Shown one piece after another: positions 9,581-21,634 of a stretch of DNA of 64,000 nucleotides (the first letter of the stretch is position 1; every line of letters starts with the position of its first letter). The translations under genes and the position numbers were made by a program. Source of the stretch: Macrostomum lignano. Lineage: Eukaryota. The notes under the pieces were generated by a model, which worked only from the letters and a program-made list of their open reading frames with translations, did not search any database and was not told where the DNA came from. Location: positions 1-64,000 of the forward strand of contig NIVC01002345.1 of assembly GCA_002269645.1 (NCBI GenBank), given 5' to 3'.

Positions 9581-12500
9581 GTGGGTCTCCATTCTGCTAT
9601 CAGTAGTACTATTAAGGCTGCAAGAAGGGTTACCAGGATGGGCCAAATGAAAATAATGCTATGCACCTGAATAAAGCAATCAATCACGCCTGAAGCAACT
9701 TAGATAATTATCAAATCTGAGGCAACTAAACAACCACGATTGGTTCCTAAAGATAATCCTATAGATAATCACATTTGAGGTCCTGAAGGAACCAGACAAT
9801 CACACATGGGTCCTGGGGAACCAGACAATCACACACTGGTCCTGAAGGAACCAGACAATCACACATGGGTCCTGAGGGAACCAGACAATCACACACTGGT
9901 ACTGAAGGAACCAGAAAATCGCACACTGGTCCTGAAGGAACCAGACAATCACACATGGGTCCTGAAGGAACCAGAAAATCACACATGGGTCCTGAAGGAA
10001 CCAGAAAATCACACATGGGTCCTGAAGGAACCAGAAAATCACACATGGGTCCTGATGGGAACCAGACAATCACACACTGATCCTGAAGGAACCAGAAAAT
10101 CACACATGGGTCCTGAGGGAACCAGACAATCACACACTGATCCTGAAGGAACCAGACAATCACACACTGGTCCTGAAGGAACCAGACAATCACACACTGG
10201 TCCTGAAGGAACCAGAAAATCACACATGGGTCCTGATGGGAACCAGACAATCACACATGGGTCCTGAGGGAACCAGACAATCACACACTGGTACTGAAGG
10301 AACCAGAAAATCGCACACTGGTCCTGAAGGAACCAGACAATCACACATGGGTCCTGAAGGAACCAGAAAATCACACATGGGTCCTGAAGGAACCAGACAA
10401 TCACACATGGGTCCTGAAGGAACCAGAAAATCACACATGGGTCCTGAAGGAACCAGACAATCACACACTGATCCTGAAGGAACCAGAAAATCACACATGG
10501 GTCCTGAGGGAACCAGACAATCACACACTGGTCCTGAAGGAACCAGACAATCACACACTGGTCCTGAAGGAACCAGACAATCACACACTGGTCCTGAAGG
10601 AACCAGAAAATCACACATGGGTCCTGATGGGAACCAGACAATCACACATGGGTCCTGAGGGAACCAGACAATCACACACTGGTACTGAAGGAACCAGAAA
10701 ATCGCACACTGGTCCTGAAGGAACCAGACAATCACACATGGGTCCTGAAGGAACCAGAAAATCACACATGGGTCCTGAAGGAACCAGACAATCACACATG
10801 GGTCCTGAAGGAACCAGAAAATCACACATGGGTCCTGAAGGAACCAGACAATCACACACTGATCCTGAAGGAACCAGAAAATCACACATGGGTCCTGAGG
10901 GAACCAGACAATCACACACTGGTCCTGAAGGAACCAGACAATCACACACTGGTCCTGAAGGAACCAGACAATCACACACTGATCCTGAAGGAACCAGAAA
11001 ATCACACATGGGTCCTGAGGGAACCAGACAATCACACACTGATCCTGAAGGAACCAGACAATCACACACTGATCCTGAAGGAACCAGAAAATCACACACT
11101 GGTCCTGAAGGAACCAGACAATCACATACTGGTCCTGAAGGAACCAGACAATCACACACTGGTCCTGAGGGAACCAGAAAATCACACACTGGTCCTGAAG
11201 GAACCAGACAATCACATACTGGTCCTGAAGGAACCAGACAATCACACATGGGTCCTGAGGGAACCAGTCTTTATAAAAAACACTACAATAAATTTCTCAC
11301 CAAATTACCTCGGCCAGGTGTCATCCTATTCATGCTAGCCACTGGCAAGCTGCCGTTTCAAGAGCAGAACGACTCAGAGACTCTAGCCCGCATCATGGAC
11401 GTTCGCTACCGAGTGCCTCGTCACGTCTCTTTACCCTGCCGACGTTTAATAGAGCGCCTGCTTCAACGCGATCCAACCCGACGGCCTACTCTTGACTCCA
11501 TCCTCGAGGACGAATGGCTCTGCGGCCTGCCCACGCTGTCCTGCGGCACTCCGCTAGTCTGCGCCAACGAGGTTTCGCCCGAAGATCAATTGGAAGTTGT
11601 TGACAAAATGGTCGAAGGCGGTTTAGCTACTCGCGACGAGATTTTAGCCGCTCTGGGTAGAGACGATTATAGTCACGTGACTGCTACTTATTACCTGCTA
11701 GCCGAGCGACTCATGCGGCGGGCACGACTCGAACGGCACCGACTGTCTATTGGCAGCTCGGGTGGGGGCCGGCCACCCAGCAGGGGGCAGTCTGCCGAGC
11801 TGGAGAGCATCCCGGAGACTGCGGGGGCGGCGGCGGCAGCAGGGGGCGCAGGCGGCAGTAGTCGGCAGTCCTCATGGTTAGTTGTTTGAATTGTCACTAA
11901 TTATTACCTTTATTGTTTTAATCTTAATCTTAAACCCTTATCTTTAGGATTTAAACACTTTAACAGATTTAAACAATAGATTCCCCAGATCCTCAATAAT
12001 CCCAGATCCTCAATAGAATCCCCAGATCCTCAATAAAATCCCCAGATCCTCAATAGAATCCCCAGATCCTCAATAAAATCCCCAGATCCTCAATAGAATC
12101 CCCAGATCCTCAATAAAATCCCAGATCCTCAATAGAATTCCCAGATCCTCAATAAAATCCCCAGATCCTCAATAGAATCCCCAGATCTTCAATAAAATCC
12201 CAGATCCTCAATAGAATCCCCAGATGTAATACGAACACATCAACCCACCTGCAGCGCATCCCTAAGCGTCGAAGAGAAACTCAGACGATTCTCAATGATA
12301 ATCGAAGAAGAAGACATTGGCTTAGCTTCCCTAGCAGAAGAGTCTGGTGCTGCACTGCCAGGAGCAATGTCTGCAACATTCTCTGGCGGCGGATCTGCCA
12401 CCCCAGCCGCCGCGGTGGTGCTTGAAGGCCGGTCCAGGTCCAGCAGCGCTCGGCACCGATCGTTAGTCTCGGTTCGCTCGTCGCCTCAGCTGCTACTAAA

Positions 12501-13016
12501 AGCAATGGCAGCCAGTTTAGACGAGAATTCGCAGCAGCAGCAGCAACAGCAGGCTCAGCTACAGCAGCAGCAGCATCAATTGAGCCTTCAATTGCAGCAG
12601 CATCAGTTGGCTCTGCTAGGCTCTGGTGGCGGCTCATTCCGGTTACACCATCATCACCACCTCACTAAGCGATCCGGCGTCGGCGGAGCAGCGGCCATCG
12701 TCGGTAGGAAATCCAGCGCCGGAAGTCGGGCCGGAAGTAGCTCGGAATCGTCGGATTCGCCAAGCCGACCGTTGAGCGAGTACAGCCTGGGCGAGCTCGC
12801 CTGCGGCGGCTTTGGCTGTTGCTATGAATCGCCAGACAATCCTGGTTTCATTGCCGACGCGGTGTCGTCTGATCATAATATTGGCGGCAGTCTGGCAGCC
12901 GTTGTCTGCTGTCCCATTCGCGAACTGGACGAGCCGCCAGCCTCCTTGGAGGCTTCCGCAGCTGTTGGCGACACTGAATCGCCTATTGGTGAGCGGTGGA
13001 GACGGATTGATGGATT

Positions 13017-13074
<58 letters not shown>

Positions 13075-13162
13075 TAGACAGACAGACAGATAGAGGACAG
13101 AGAGACAGACAGACAGACATACAGACAGACAGGCAGACAGATAGACAGACAGACAGATAGAG

Positions 13163-13197
<35 letters not shown>

Positions 13198-14062
13198 CGA
13201 CAGACAGACACAGACAGATACTCGTAGACAGACAGACACTAAAACACTAAAACAGACAGACAGACAAACAGACACATTTATTGAATTGATTGATCAGAAT
13301 AAAAAAAACCAATATCGAACCTTCAGTGGTCAAAAGACGCTATAGCATTTTCTAGGTAAGCTGCTAAAAATAGTACGCTGAATACTCTACTTATTTTTCT
13401 ATTCACAGCTACAAGTAGGCTGTTGTGAACATGGCAGAGATTTGTCAAAAAAAACAATTCAGTCATCGAAAAACAACACGACCGTTGCAGTCAGCGCCGG
13501 CGGCGCATTCGGCCAAGTCCAGTCGGTGTCCGCCTCGTCCTCGGCCAGACAATCCAGACGTCGTCAATCGGACGGTCGCCAGTGCTCGTCAGCAAATGCC
13601 AGAGACAGCAGCTTCTCGTTGAACTCGTCGGCAGCATCGTCGAGCCTCCGTTCGCTGTCCTCGCATCGGGTTGAATTGCTGATGCGCGATCTGAGACTGG
13701 CTCGAGCAAAAGCTGCTGCCGCGTCTGCTTCTGCTGTTGCTTCTTCTGCCGCAGCATCCACAGCAGCTGCTGCCGTCCCCGCCCCAACATCTGCTGTTGT
13801 TTCCATAGCAACGGCTGCTACCGCTCCGGTCTCTACGGCAACCTCTAACGCCGACGTTGCGTCGTTATCGATTGTAGGAGCTGCCGATCAAGTTGCCGAC
13901 GACAGTCAGCAGCAGTTGCAACCGCGGCAGCATCGGCGGCGGCATCAGCAACGGCATCGGCACCTGTTGTCGTTGCGTCGCGGCGGTGACGGCAGCGGCG
14001 GCGGCGGCGGTGGTCGAAAATCTTCCTCGAAATTTCGCGTCTCGTGTTGCAGCGTGAGCTAG
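8938..14062 (+). CDS. SNRK: SNF-related serine/threonine kinase (SNRK). Model: join(8938..9580,11318..11876,12255..12988,13327..13355,13409..14062), with an in-frame TAG at 13353-13355 (654 aa to the TAG, 872 aa if read through)
   Basis: [76 protein letters not shown] and UBA-like [17 protein letters not shown] all match SNRK-type kinases. GT-AG junction phases checked by hand. Confidence 0.9.
9770..11268. repeat. 30-bp minisatellite (GGTCCTGAAGGAACCAGACAATCACACACT/ATG)n, ~50 copies, SNRK intron 1
   Basis: Clear 30-bp period; diagnostic variants recur every ~391 bp. Confidence 0.97.
11318..11876 (+). CDS. SNRK: SNRK exon 2 (kinase end and UBA domain)
   Basis: CCAG|GTGTCATC restores WSLGVILFML. 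Donor TG|GTTAGT, phase 2. Confidence 0.9.
11978..12225. repeat. 20-bp minisatellite (GAATCCCCAGATCCTCAATA)n, SNRK intron 2
   Basis: About 12 near-identical units. Confidence 0.93.
12255..12988 (+). CDS. SNRK: SNRK exon 3 (low-complexity Q/H/S/A tail)
   Basis: CTGCAG|C acceptor puts it in the frame of ORF 12295 ([10 protein letters not shown]). Strong donor TTG|GTGAGC, phase 1. Confidence 0.8.
13015..13275. repeat. (GACA)n microsatellite, SNRK intron 3
   Basis: Seen directly. Confidence 0.95.
13327..13355 (+). CDS. SNRK: Predicted SNRK 29-nt mini-exon encoding VVKRRYSIF* and ending in TAG at the donor
   Basis: Acceptor CTTCAG at 13321-13326 and consensus donor GTAAGC at 13356. Converts phase 1 to phase 0, matching the acceptor at 13408. 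Confidence 0.55.
13409..14062 (+). CDS. SNRK: SNRK terminal exon, 217-codon frame ending [10 protein letters not shown]
   Basis: Strong acceptor TTATTTTTCTATTCACAG. Open GC-rich frame with A/S/Q/G runs like exon 3. Confidence 0.7.
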   Translation, partial: LQVGCCEHGRDLSKKTIQSSKNNTTVAVSAGGAFGQVQSVSASSSARQSRRRQSDGRQCSSANARDSSFSLNSSAASSSLRSLSSHRVELLMRDLRLARAKAAAASASAVASSAAASTAAAAVPAPTSAVVSIATAATAPVSTATSNADVASLSIVGAADQVADDSQQQLQPRQHRRRHQQRHRHLLSLRRGGDGSGGGGGGRKSSSKFRVSCCSVS

Positions 14063-14086
14063 TGTGAGCGCTAATAGTCAGGACTT

Positions 14087-14490
14087 TCAGGTCATGCTAT
14101 TTTTATCAGTGTGTCAGACTGTCAGGTCCGATATTCTTGTCAGTGTGTCAGACTGTCTGGTCCGATATTCTTGTCAGTGTGTCAGACTGTCAGGTCCGAT
14201 ATTCTTGTCAGTGTGTCAGACTGTTAGATCTGCTATTATTGTCTCTGTGTCAGACTGTCAGGTCCTATATTCTTGTCAGTGTGTCAGACTGTCAAAACTG
14301 CTTTTCTTGTCAGTGTGTCAGACTGTCAGATCTGCTTTTCTTGTCAGTGTGTTTAAATTTCAGGTCATGGTATTCAAACATGGATACAGATAATCATGGT
14401 CAATGGTTGATGTCATGATATTCTTGTCAGTGTGTCAGACTGTCCGATTTGGCCTATCTGTCAGTGTGTCAGACTGTCAGATATGATATT
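14087..14490. repeat. ~34-bp degenerate tandem repeat (TTCTTGTCAGTGTGTCAGACTGTCAGGTCCGATA)n immediately after the SNRK distal stop (likely 3' UTR)
   Basis: The GTCAGTGTGTCAGACTGTC core recurs about 10 times with a ~34-bp period. Confidence 0.85.
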
Positions 14491-17400
14491 GTTCGTGTAT
14501 CATTCTCTCATAAGTCCGTTATTGTTTTTAGAAGCACTCTTCAGATCTTGCTAATTTAGCAAAAGTTTTTCGAATATATTTTCCTGTTTTCGACCTGCTT
14601 TTTCCTGTGTGAGACCTGTCAGGATCTACTAAATTTACTGCATTCTCAGTCTGTCTGTGCACTCTGACTCTGCCCAGTGCCCAACGCGGAGATTAGTCAC
14701 ACTTTGACATCAAACTGTATAATTGCATGCAATAAGCAATCTCTTTTGTAATTCTTATTGTTACCATATAGTCTGTAGTTTGTGCAATATTAGTTTGTTG
14801 TTTATTACTGATTATAGTAATTGCTGTGTAGATAGATAACCAGTGGCATACCTCGTGTATGTATCTATTTATTCTGTGTGTGCAATGAATTTCTATATCT
14901 TAACATCGATAGATGAATGGAAAAACTTTGGCGGCAATATGTATTATCTTATCTTATATATGATTTATATTTTTTTTACCTTGAGTTATATTTTTTCAAG
15001 ACTTGTTAATATTAACATTTATAATATTATAACTCAACATTCACGCTTGTGTCTGTGCAGATTTTCGGCGCATTGTGTGTTTCATTCAATTTTTTGGCAT
15101 TTCATTGAAGTATATTATTTTCTGTTCAATTGCGTGAAATCAAAATTTCCCTTTCCATGGATTTTCCTATTTTTCATGGATTTCTAAATTTCGAGGTTTG
15201 AATGAATACTCACCCAAAATAGCAAGCAACTTATAACTGTTAGTCACTGTCTGCACCAGATCTAGCGCAATCTTCACTGTCGGAATTGAATCCTAAAATT
15301 TGAAGATTTTTTTAGTTAACACCCAGTCTCTGTCGCACTTATATTTAACACAATATTAAATTTTAGCAAGTATAATTAATAATTAGTCTTTCAACTGTCT
15401 GCTTCCGCTGTTATTTATATGTAATTAAATAATATTAATATAGTTTTAAGTAGTTATTTGTACTAGTCTACCATATTATTATTATCAAACTAATATTAGA
15501 ATATTCGGGTCCAATGCAAGTCAGACCCGTTGAATAAAGAGTCAGAAAAGAAGTCGTTCCAGATTCCATGAGTGTTAGCGCTTAACTTTCTACTAACTTA
15601 GTAGGCTAATTCATAGAGTGACATCTCCTTGTTTTAGAGTCTTCTAGAGTCACTTCTTTCATATTTTACCTGTGTGACCTGCAATGACTCTGAAACGACC
15701 TTTGGGGCGACGCAATTGTGACTCTGGAACGCTTCTTGGCCTGGGTGACGTTTTCATCGGAAGACAGTTTTTGTATGCCATACACTTCGCCATAGTAACT
15801 TTTTAATATTAAATTTCAATATGTACTTATTAAATATCTGTCCTTTGTTATATAACTTTTTGTTATCTTGTTTCAATTTTGTACATACGCTCATACAATA
15901 AATACTGTGTGCGTGTATCTGTGTTTCTGTTGTTAGTAGATTCTAACTTTCAATTGGGAAGAATCGAGAATGTAGGAAAATACAATTGCACATCTATCTA
16001 TTCAATTGCTATATTTGGAGTAAAATTAGAAAATCTCTTTTCCGTTTATTACTAGTTGCGATCCTTCGCCAAGTTCATATAGCAAAATTTTTAGGCCAGT
16101 CTGTCTGTCTTATCGAGTTTAAAAGAAAAAATGTTTTATAAATTATATAGAAAACTTATAAAAGCTTCACTACTAATCACACGCGAGTGTTTAAAAAATG
16201 GTCTTATTGTTTTAGTAAATATCTATTATCATTTTGCGTTTAATGATGTATTGACGTTCAGAGCTACAATGGCACCATCATCTATTCGGGTGCTTGGAAA
16301 GTTCTGATACTTGATAACCCGGAGCAAAAACGAAAACATTCATCATAACTTAAGGGGCTTAGCTGCTAAAAAATAAAGAAAAATTGAATATGAATTGAAG
16401 GATAACTTTTGAATAGAAGGAACCTGTTGGATTTTTCGTGACCTCGGGCAGAAAAGTAACTTGATACTCTTACTGGTAATCATTATAATCAATCATATGA
16501 ACTGTAATAAGATTCGGCGGATATTAAAGAAAGGTTTACCTAACTATTTTTTGTTATTATCCACCCTAAAAAGATTTTCACTCCTAGAAATTATCCAGAG
16601 CCTGAGCAAACAAGCTCTATTCTCACTTTTTACTTACAATTAATCAGTTCGATTCCCTGTCGAATAGTGCAAACTTCTATTTGACTTGCTCTTGCTATAA
16701 TATTCCAAAACGCATCTCGACTGCGTTGCAAATATTGGAGCAGAAACTTCTACCGCAAATTCCAAATATTCATTAATATTTGCTCTGCAATTATCTCTTT
16801 TGCTTTGCCCTTATCCTCTGTTGTCGATTTCTTTTTCCTTAAACTTTCTAAGCAATCGTCTACAGAGCGATCGCTTCTATACCACATTCTTCACCAGAGA
16901 TCTCGCTTCATTTTTATCTGCATTTCCTAAATTTACCTTTGGCTATAGACATTCAAGCAGTTATTGAAGAATTACGTATTCAATCGTATTCAAAGCTTGG
17001 CTCTTTGTCTTTGTCAAAATAACCAGTAATTCATTACCTTGATATAGAGATTATTGACCATTTCCCGCTATGGATATGCACAGGTAGGCCTTTAATCCGC
17101 GTTTCTAACCGACAGTGAATCGACCTATAAATCCGAAATTTGAGGCTCAGATCGCAACCTTTTGACAGAATAAAAATTGCAATTTTTAAAAGTACCAGCT
17201 GTTTGGCTTTCGAGAACGCTTTGAGCATCATTTCATTTATCTACCGGCGTAAAATTTCGCTGGGAAGGTATTCTGAAATGATGATATCTCAACCGCTCGA
17301 CTCGTAGCATTTGTTCATTTACTCGTAATTAAGACGCTCACATCAGTCCCTACGATTCCTTAATTATGCGGGTTGAGCTGTCAGCGGCCCAAATCTCTTC

Positions 17401-19307
17401 ACTAATATTTCATGTTCACGCGACTTTATTTGAGTTTTTTTCGTAATTAATTCGTGCTGCCAGTTTTTCATTATTTATCATTTTTCGGTAGAATATTAAA
17501 TCAGTTGAATTGAATTAATTCAATCATGCAGATTGAATTTTTTTTTGCATTCGATGACAGTTGTAATATCCTATTGTATATTGGCTGGGCATCAATGCAT
17601 TTCATCAAGTAGGATTCCGAAAGTACAGATGGAATTCGTAGGTCGCTGAGGTTTGGACTAAAATGACAGGCAGGAATGAAGGGGCAGAGGAGGCACGAAG
17701 AGTATTTGCGGGGCTCAGATATGTGCCTGTCGTCAAAGCGTGTGCTTTGACTGGTCGAATCAAAGCCTTTCATTTGGATTGAGGCCGACTTTCAGCCCTA
17801 ATCAACTCGATTCTGTCCTCTCTTTCTGCTCTGCGACACGCAAAATCGGGAGAGAGAGAAAAACATAAGCAACGCTGACCATGTTTCTACCCAATTCATC
17901 AAAGTCTACTTTTCTGTCAATTCAATCTCTTTGGTGAGCAATGCTTTTTGACGTTGCATTGGCATGCAAATCGAATGGAACGAGATGGCATTTTATAACA
18001 TTGTTGACTTGCATGTGTTTCGAATCCCACCGCTGCCACTACAATTTTAAGTTTCTTTCATGCTATACCTCCTATCACCTATCACCTCCTTTCACCTATA
18101 CTTTCATGCAAAGCTATAGGCTCACGATGCGTGGTAATTGACATTTTCTATTTTATCTTTCACAGTAGTTAGTTGCAAAGGTGCACCGTCTCGTTTCAGC
18201 TACGTTTTTGCCTTGGTTATTGGTTTTAGCCTACTCGTCTTTGTTGACCTCACTTAAACTCCAACTCTAGCTCATGTACGAGTATATTCTCAGACCATGG
18301 TGCGTAAATGCATCTCAGTTAAACGTCTCGGATAAAATGATCAATACACGACACCAAACGATCTGGTGAAGAACAAATTCTTTTTCCCGATGAGTGTGCA
18401 GTATAATGCAATCCAGTTTTTTTCAATTAAAGTTATTGATGTCGATAGTGTTATATTGTGAAAGTTATGATGCCGACATAACTATTGCAGTCGCCTTTTC
18501 GTGCAGTTCTGGTGCAGAAAATTTCAGGCATTAATAAATGTGAACATTGCGGTGCAGTCAGCCATATAGTGAAATATTTAAACTTCGATCGGTACGACAG
18601 ATAAACAAGTGGTTATAATATGTTGATCGCTTATAATTGGATTAATAGCGTAAAAAGAAACGAAAAAAACAGGAATAAAAAATAAAATACAGATTTTAAC
18701 CTACACAGAGTAAAGTATTCGTCTTAAATAAGTTAAAACTGCTTCTTTTTAATCCTGTTTATGTCTTTCAGCTCCCGTTAATTCTAGTTCGGTACTGTGA
18801 TGGGAAAGTTGAATTTTTCATACTTGTTCGCACGTGCCATCCGTTACATATTCTCTCGCAAAAGTTATGCATATTTTAAAAACTGAAACTTCAAGGAAAG
18901 TTACTAGCATTTAACAGACAACATAATTTGAAAAATTTAAATAGAATCATAAGCCTTACTACAAGGATAAAATACAGAAATAGTAAATATTTCATTCTTA
19001 CTTAGACACAAAGGTAATGGTTTGGAGAAAAATTTTAAAATTCCGTTTCTCTCTTTGAGTCTAATATTACACTTAAAAAGTAAAAATATTGTTTTTTATA
19101 TTGTAAAATAGTGTAAGTTATTATAAAGAAGCAAAGTTATGCAAAGTTCAAAGGTCCAAGGTAAAAGACTATCGAAACTTTCTACTGTTTGATCTTTAAA
19201 ATATCGTAGCTAAAATTTTCATGTCAAGTTGTGCTTTCAGGGTTGATTAGGAAAATTAATTAAGTTGAGTCTTATCAACCCTCTCCACGATCTCCCCGAT
19301 CCGAGCT

Positions 19308-20627
19308 TCAATACTCCACGCACGAGTTGCTGTGAGCATCGGATGCACTTCGGTTCGATCGTTCGTCTGGCTCCCCAGGTGAAGCTGGACTCTCCGAGCA
19401 CACTTTGATGCTTTCCAGATGCACACCGGCTGCTCTGCTTCTGTCCGCCAACGGAGCGCCGCCCTGTGCCGCATTGTTTGAGCCTGCAGGCGCGTCTTGA
19501 GCTGCGGTGTTAGCTGCGTTGGGCACTTGCAATCCCATAGAAATAGCCAACGACCGCGCTTTTGCTGCCAGATGCGACAATCCGAATACCTCTTTGAATG
19601 CGTCTCTAAATTGCTTGCTCATAAAGCTGTATAGAAAGAAATTGATGGTATTGTTCACCAGGCCGATGGAGTTTAGTATGGCGCTGTAAGTTTGCAAGAA
19701 GCATTGGACGCCAGTAAGATTGAACGCGCTATCGGACAGTACGAGAATTAAACTCATGGGCACTTCATAGAGGATGTACAGCAGTAAAATGATCAGCAGA
19801 AAGCTAGTAGTGCGGCGGTGATCCCTGGACCGCTTCTCCTTCCGGCTAGATTTGCTGGCCTTCTGTTGCTCCTTCGTCAGCGGTGTGGCCGCATCTGGAG
19901 CCTCGGCTGCAGCGGCCGCTGCTGCTGTAGCGGTGCTTCTATTGGTGGACTTGACCAGTTTCTCTCGCCTCTTCTCAGCCTGTCGCAGACTGTAAATGAT
20001 ACAGAAACAGAAACCAGCCATGATGAGGCAAGGAGCCAGTTTCTGGGCGATGACGTTCAGCATTCGCACCTGGTACTGATAGGAATCGAGCATTTCAGCC
20101 TCGAACTTCACTACCACTGGACCCGTGTCGTTGCTAGTTGAATTCGACAGATCTGTGGCGGGTACCTTGCGAAGTCTCAGAACGCTGGCGTACGGCAGAG
20201 TCACGATGATGTTGGCAAGGAAGGCCAGGCAGACCGCTAGTCGAGCTCTAGACAGACTAAACCACACCTTTGTGAGCGGCGAGGCGTAGAATCTCAAGTA
20301 GAAAAAACGGAACAAAGCTAATAGGACGCCGCACCACAGAGCGAACGCGTGCATAACTAGCATGGCAACGTTGCATATCAGATAGACAATCTGACTGGCG
20401 TAGGACGTTTTCGGCAGGTGCGCCGCTGTGGTCACAAGAAACATGGACACCTTGCACAGGTCGCTGACCGCTATGCCCAGTAGAATCGAATTAGTTGGCG
20501 AGACCATTTTGCGTTTGCTAAATATGACAATATTGCAGATGTTGAGCAGCAATGAGACTGAGCTGATAACCGGCACGCTGATGCGGTAGTATTTCTGCAT
20601 CCATTCGCTCTCGCTGCAGTCGGTCAT
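19308..20627 (-). CDS. Class A (rhodopsin-like) GPCR of the peptide-receptor type (Srw/myosuppressin-FMRFamide-like), 439 aa from MTDCSESEW, with an intronless 7TM region
   Basis: Seven hydrophobic segments. Motifs SPTNSILLGIAVSDL (TM2), LALFRFFYL (DRY-equivalent), AEKRREKL (ICL3), RRTTSFLLIILLLYILYEVP (TM6) and NNTINFFLYSFMSKQFR (TM7/H8). An acceptor CCTTTTCAG lies just upstream (exon starts 20638). Confidence 0.88.
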   Translation of the reverse strand: MTDCSESEWMQKYYRISVPVISSVSLLLNICNIVIFSKRKMVSPTNSILLGIAVSDLCKVSMFLVTTAAHLPKTSYASQIVYLICNVAMLVMHAFALWCGVLLALFRFFYLRFYASPLTKVWFSLSRARLAVCLAFLANIIVTLPYASVLRLRKVPATDLSNSTSNDTGPVVVKFEAEMLDSYQYQVRMLNVIAQKLAPCLIMAGFCFCIIYSLRQAEKRREKLVKSTNRSTATAAAAAAAEAPDAATPLTKEQQKASKSSRKEKRSRDHRRTTSFLLIILLLYILYEVPMSLILVLSDSAFNLTGVQCFLQTYSAILNSIGLVNNTINFFLYSFMSKQFRDAFKEVFGLSHLAAKARSLAISMGLQVPNAANTAAQDAPAGSNNAAQGGAPLADRSRAAGVHLESIKVCSESPASPGEPDERSNRSASDAHSNSCVEY

Positions 20628-21481
20628 CGCTGTCGAATCTGAAAAGGAATTTTCAGAAATTCGAGTTGCTCTGTAGTCAGGTATTAAAAGGTATATTAAA
20701 CGATTAACAACCATCAACAGCTTCATATTATACTCATACAAAGAAGGATAAACTTCCAATTAAAGAGATTATGTCTCAGCAGGTGTACCCTGGTCTGCTA
20801 TCTATCTGAGTCGTTTACTGAAGTACCCCGACAGATTCCGCTACGTCTTAATGAGTCTTTCTGCCGCTATCCGAGGCATTAAACAGGTATTAACACACAC
20901 GTTTCTCGAATTGCACCTGCTGGAACTAAGAGCATTCGAGCGTATCTACTTCTCTTTCAATGCTTCCAGACAATCCCTGGAGACTTGTAGACACACATTT
21001 TTCAGCCTCTTCTCGTTTCTACCCGCAGAAGAGTTTATGTATTTAGGGATAGAATTGCCGGCATTCTGTTAAAGGCTTTGAGAGCAGCTAAAACATTTTC
21101 CTACTCGTAGTTTTGTGAGGAGCGACGGAATTTTGTGTGATCTTGAAAGCCCAAGCCCGTGCCTTCAATTTAACGCAATTTTAAGTTTCATAGCAGCCAT
21201 TCAGCTGATTGTTTTTTCGCCACTAACTTTCCAATGCGATCTCGTTATGTTAACGTGCAACATACCGATCGTGCAATTGCATGGATCAAGCAATTCAACT
21301 TTTCATCTTGCTGATAAGCAAAAAGCTAAATCGCATCCTGCCAGTCCTCTGGAGAAATTAAAAATTTCCTAGGATATGCAAATCGAGGAGGCAAAAACTT
21401 TTCTTTTGAAAATTTTCTTGTTACTTTTCTGACAGCTAAAGGCCTGATCTATTCTATTAAATATATTCATATTTGCATATC

Positions 21482-21634
<153 letters not shown>

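Noticed and set aside
9759-11317. Long ORFs such as 10627-11889 ([10 protein letters not shown] repeats) apparently fused to the kinase C-lobe
   Set aside because: The repeat lies inside a GT-AG intron whose removal restores WSLGVILFML. The in-frame fusion is an artefact of the 30-bp unit.
16200-17800. Stop-riddled minus-strand stretches that look vaguely coding (possible old transposase)
   Set aside because: No diagnostic motif, TIR or consistent frame found by eye; needs a translated homology search.
20628-20759. N-terminal part of ORF 19308-20759
   Set aside because: AT-rich, has a non-ATG start, and lies upstream of a clear splice acceptor at 20639-20640; probably intronic.
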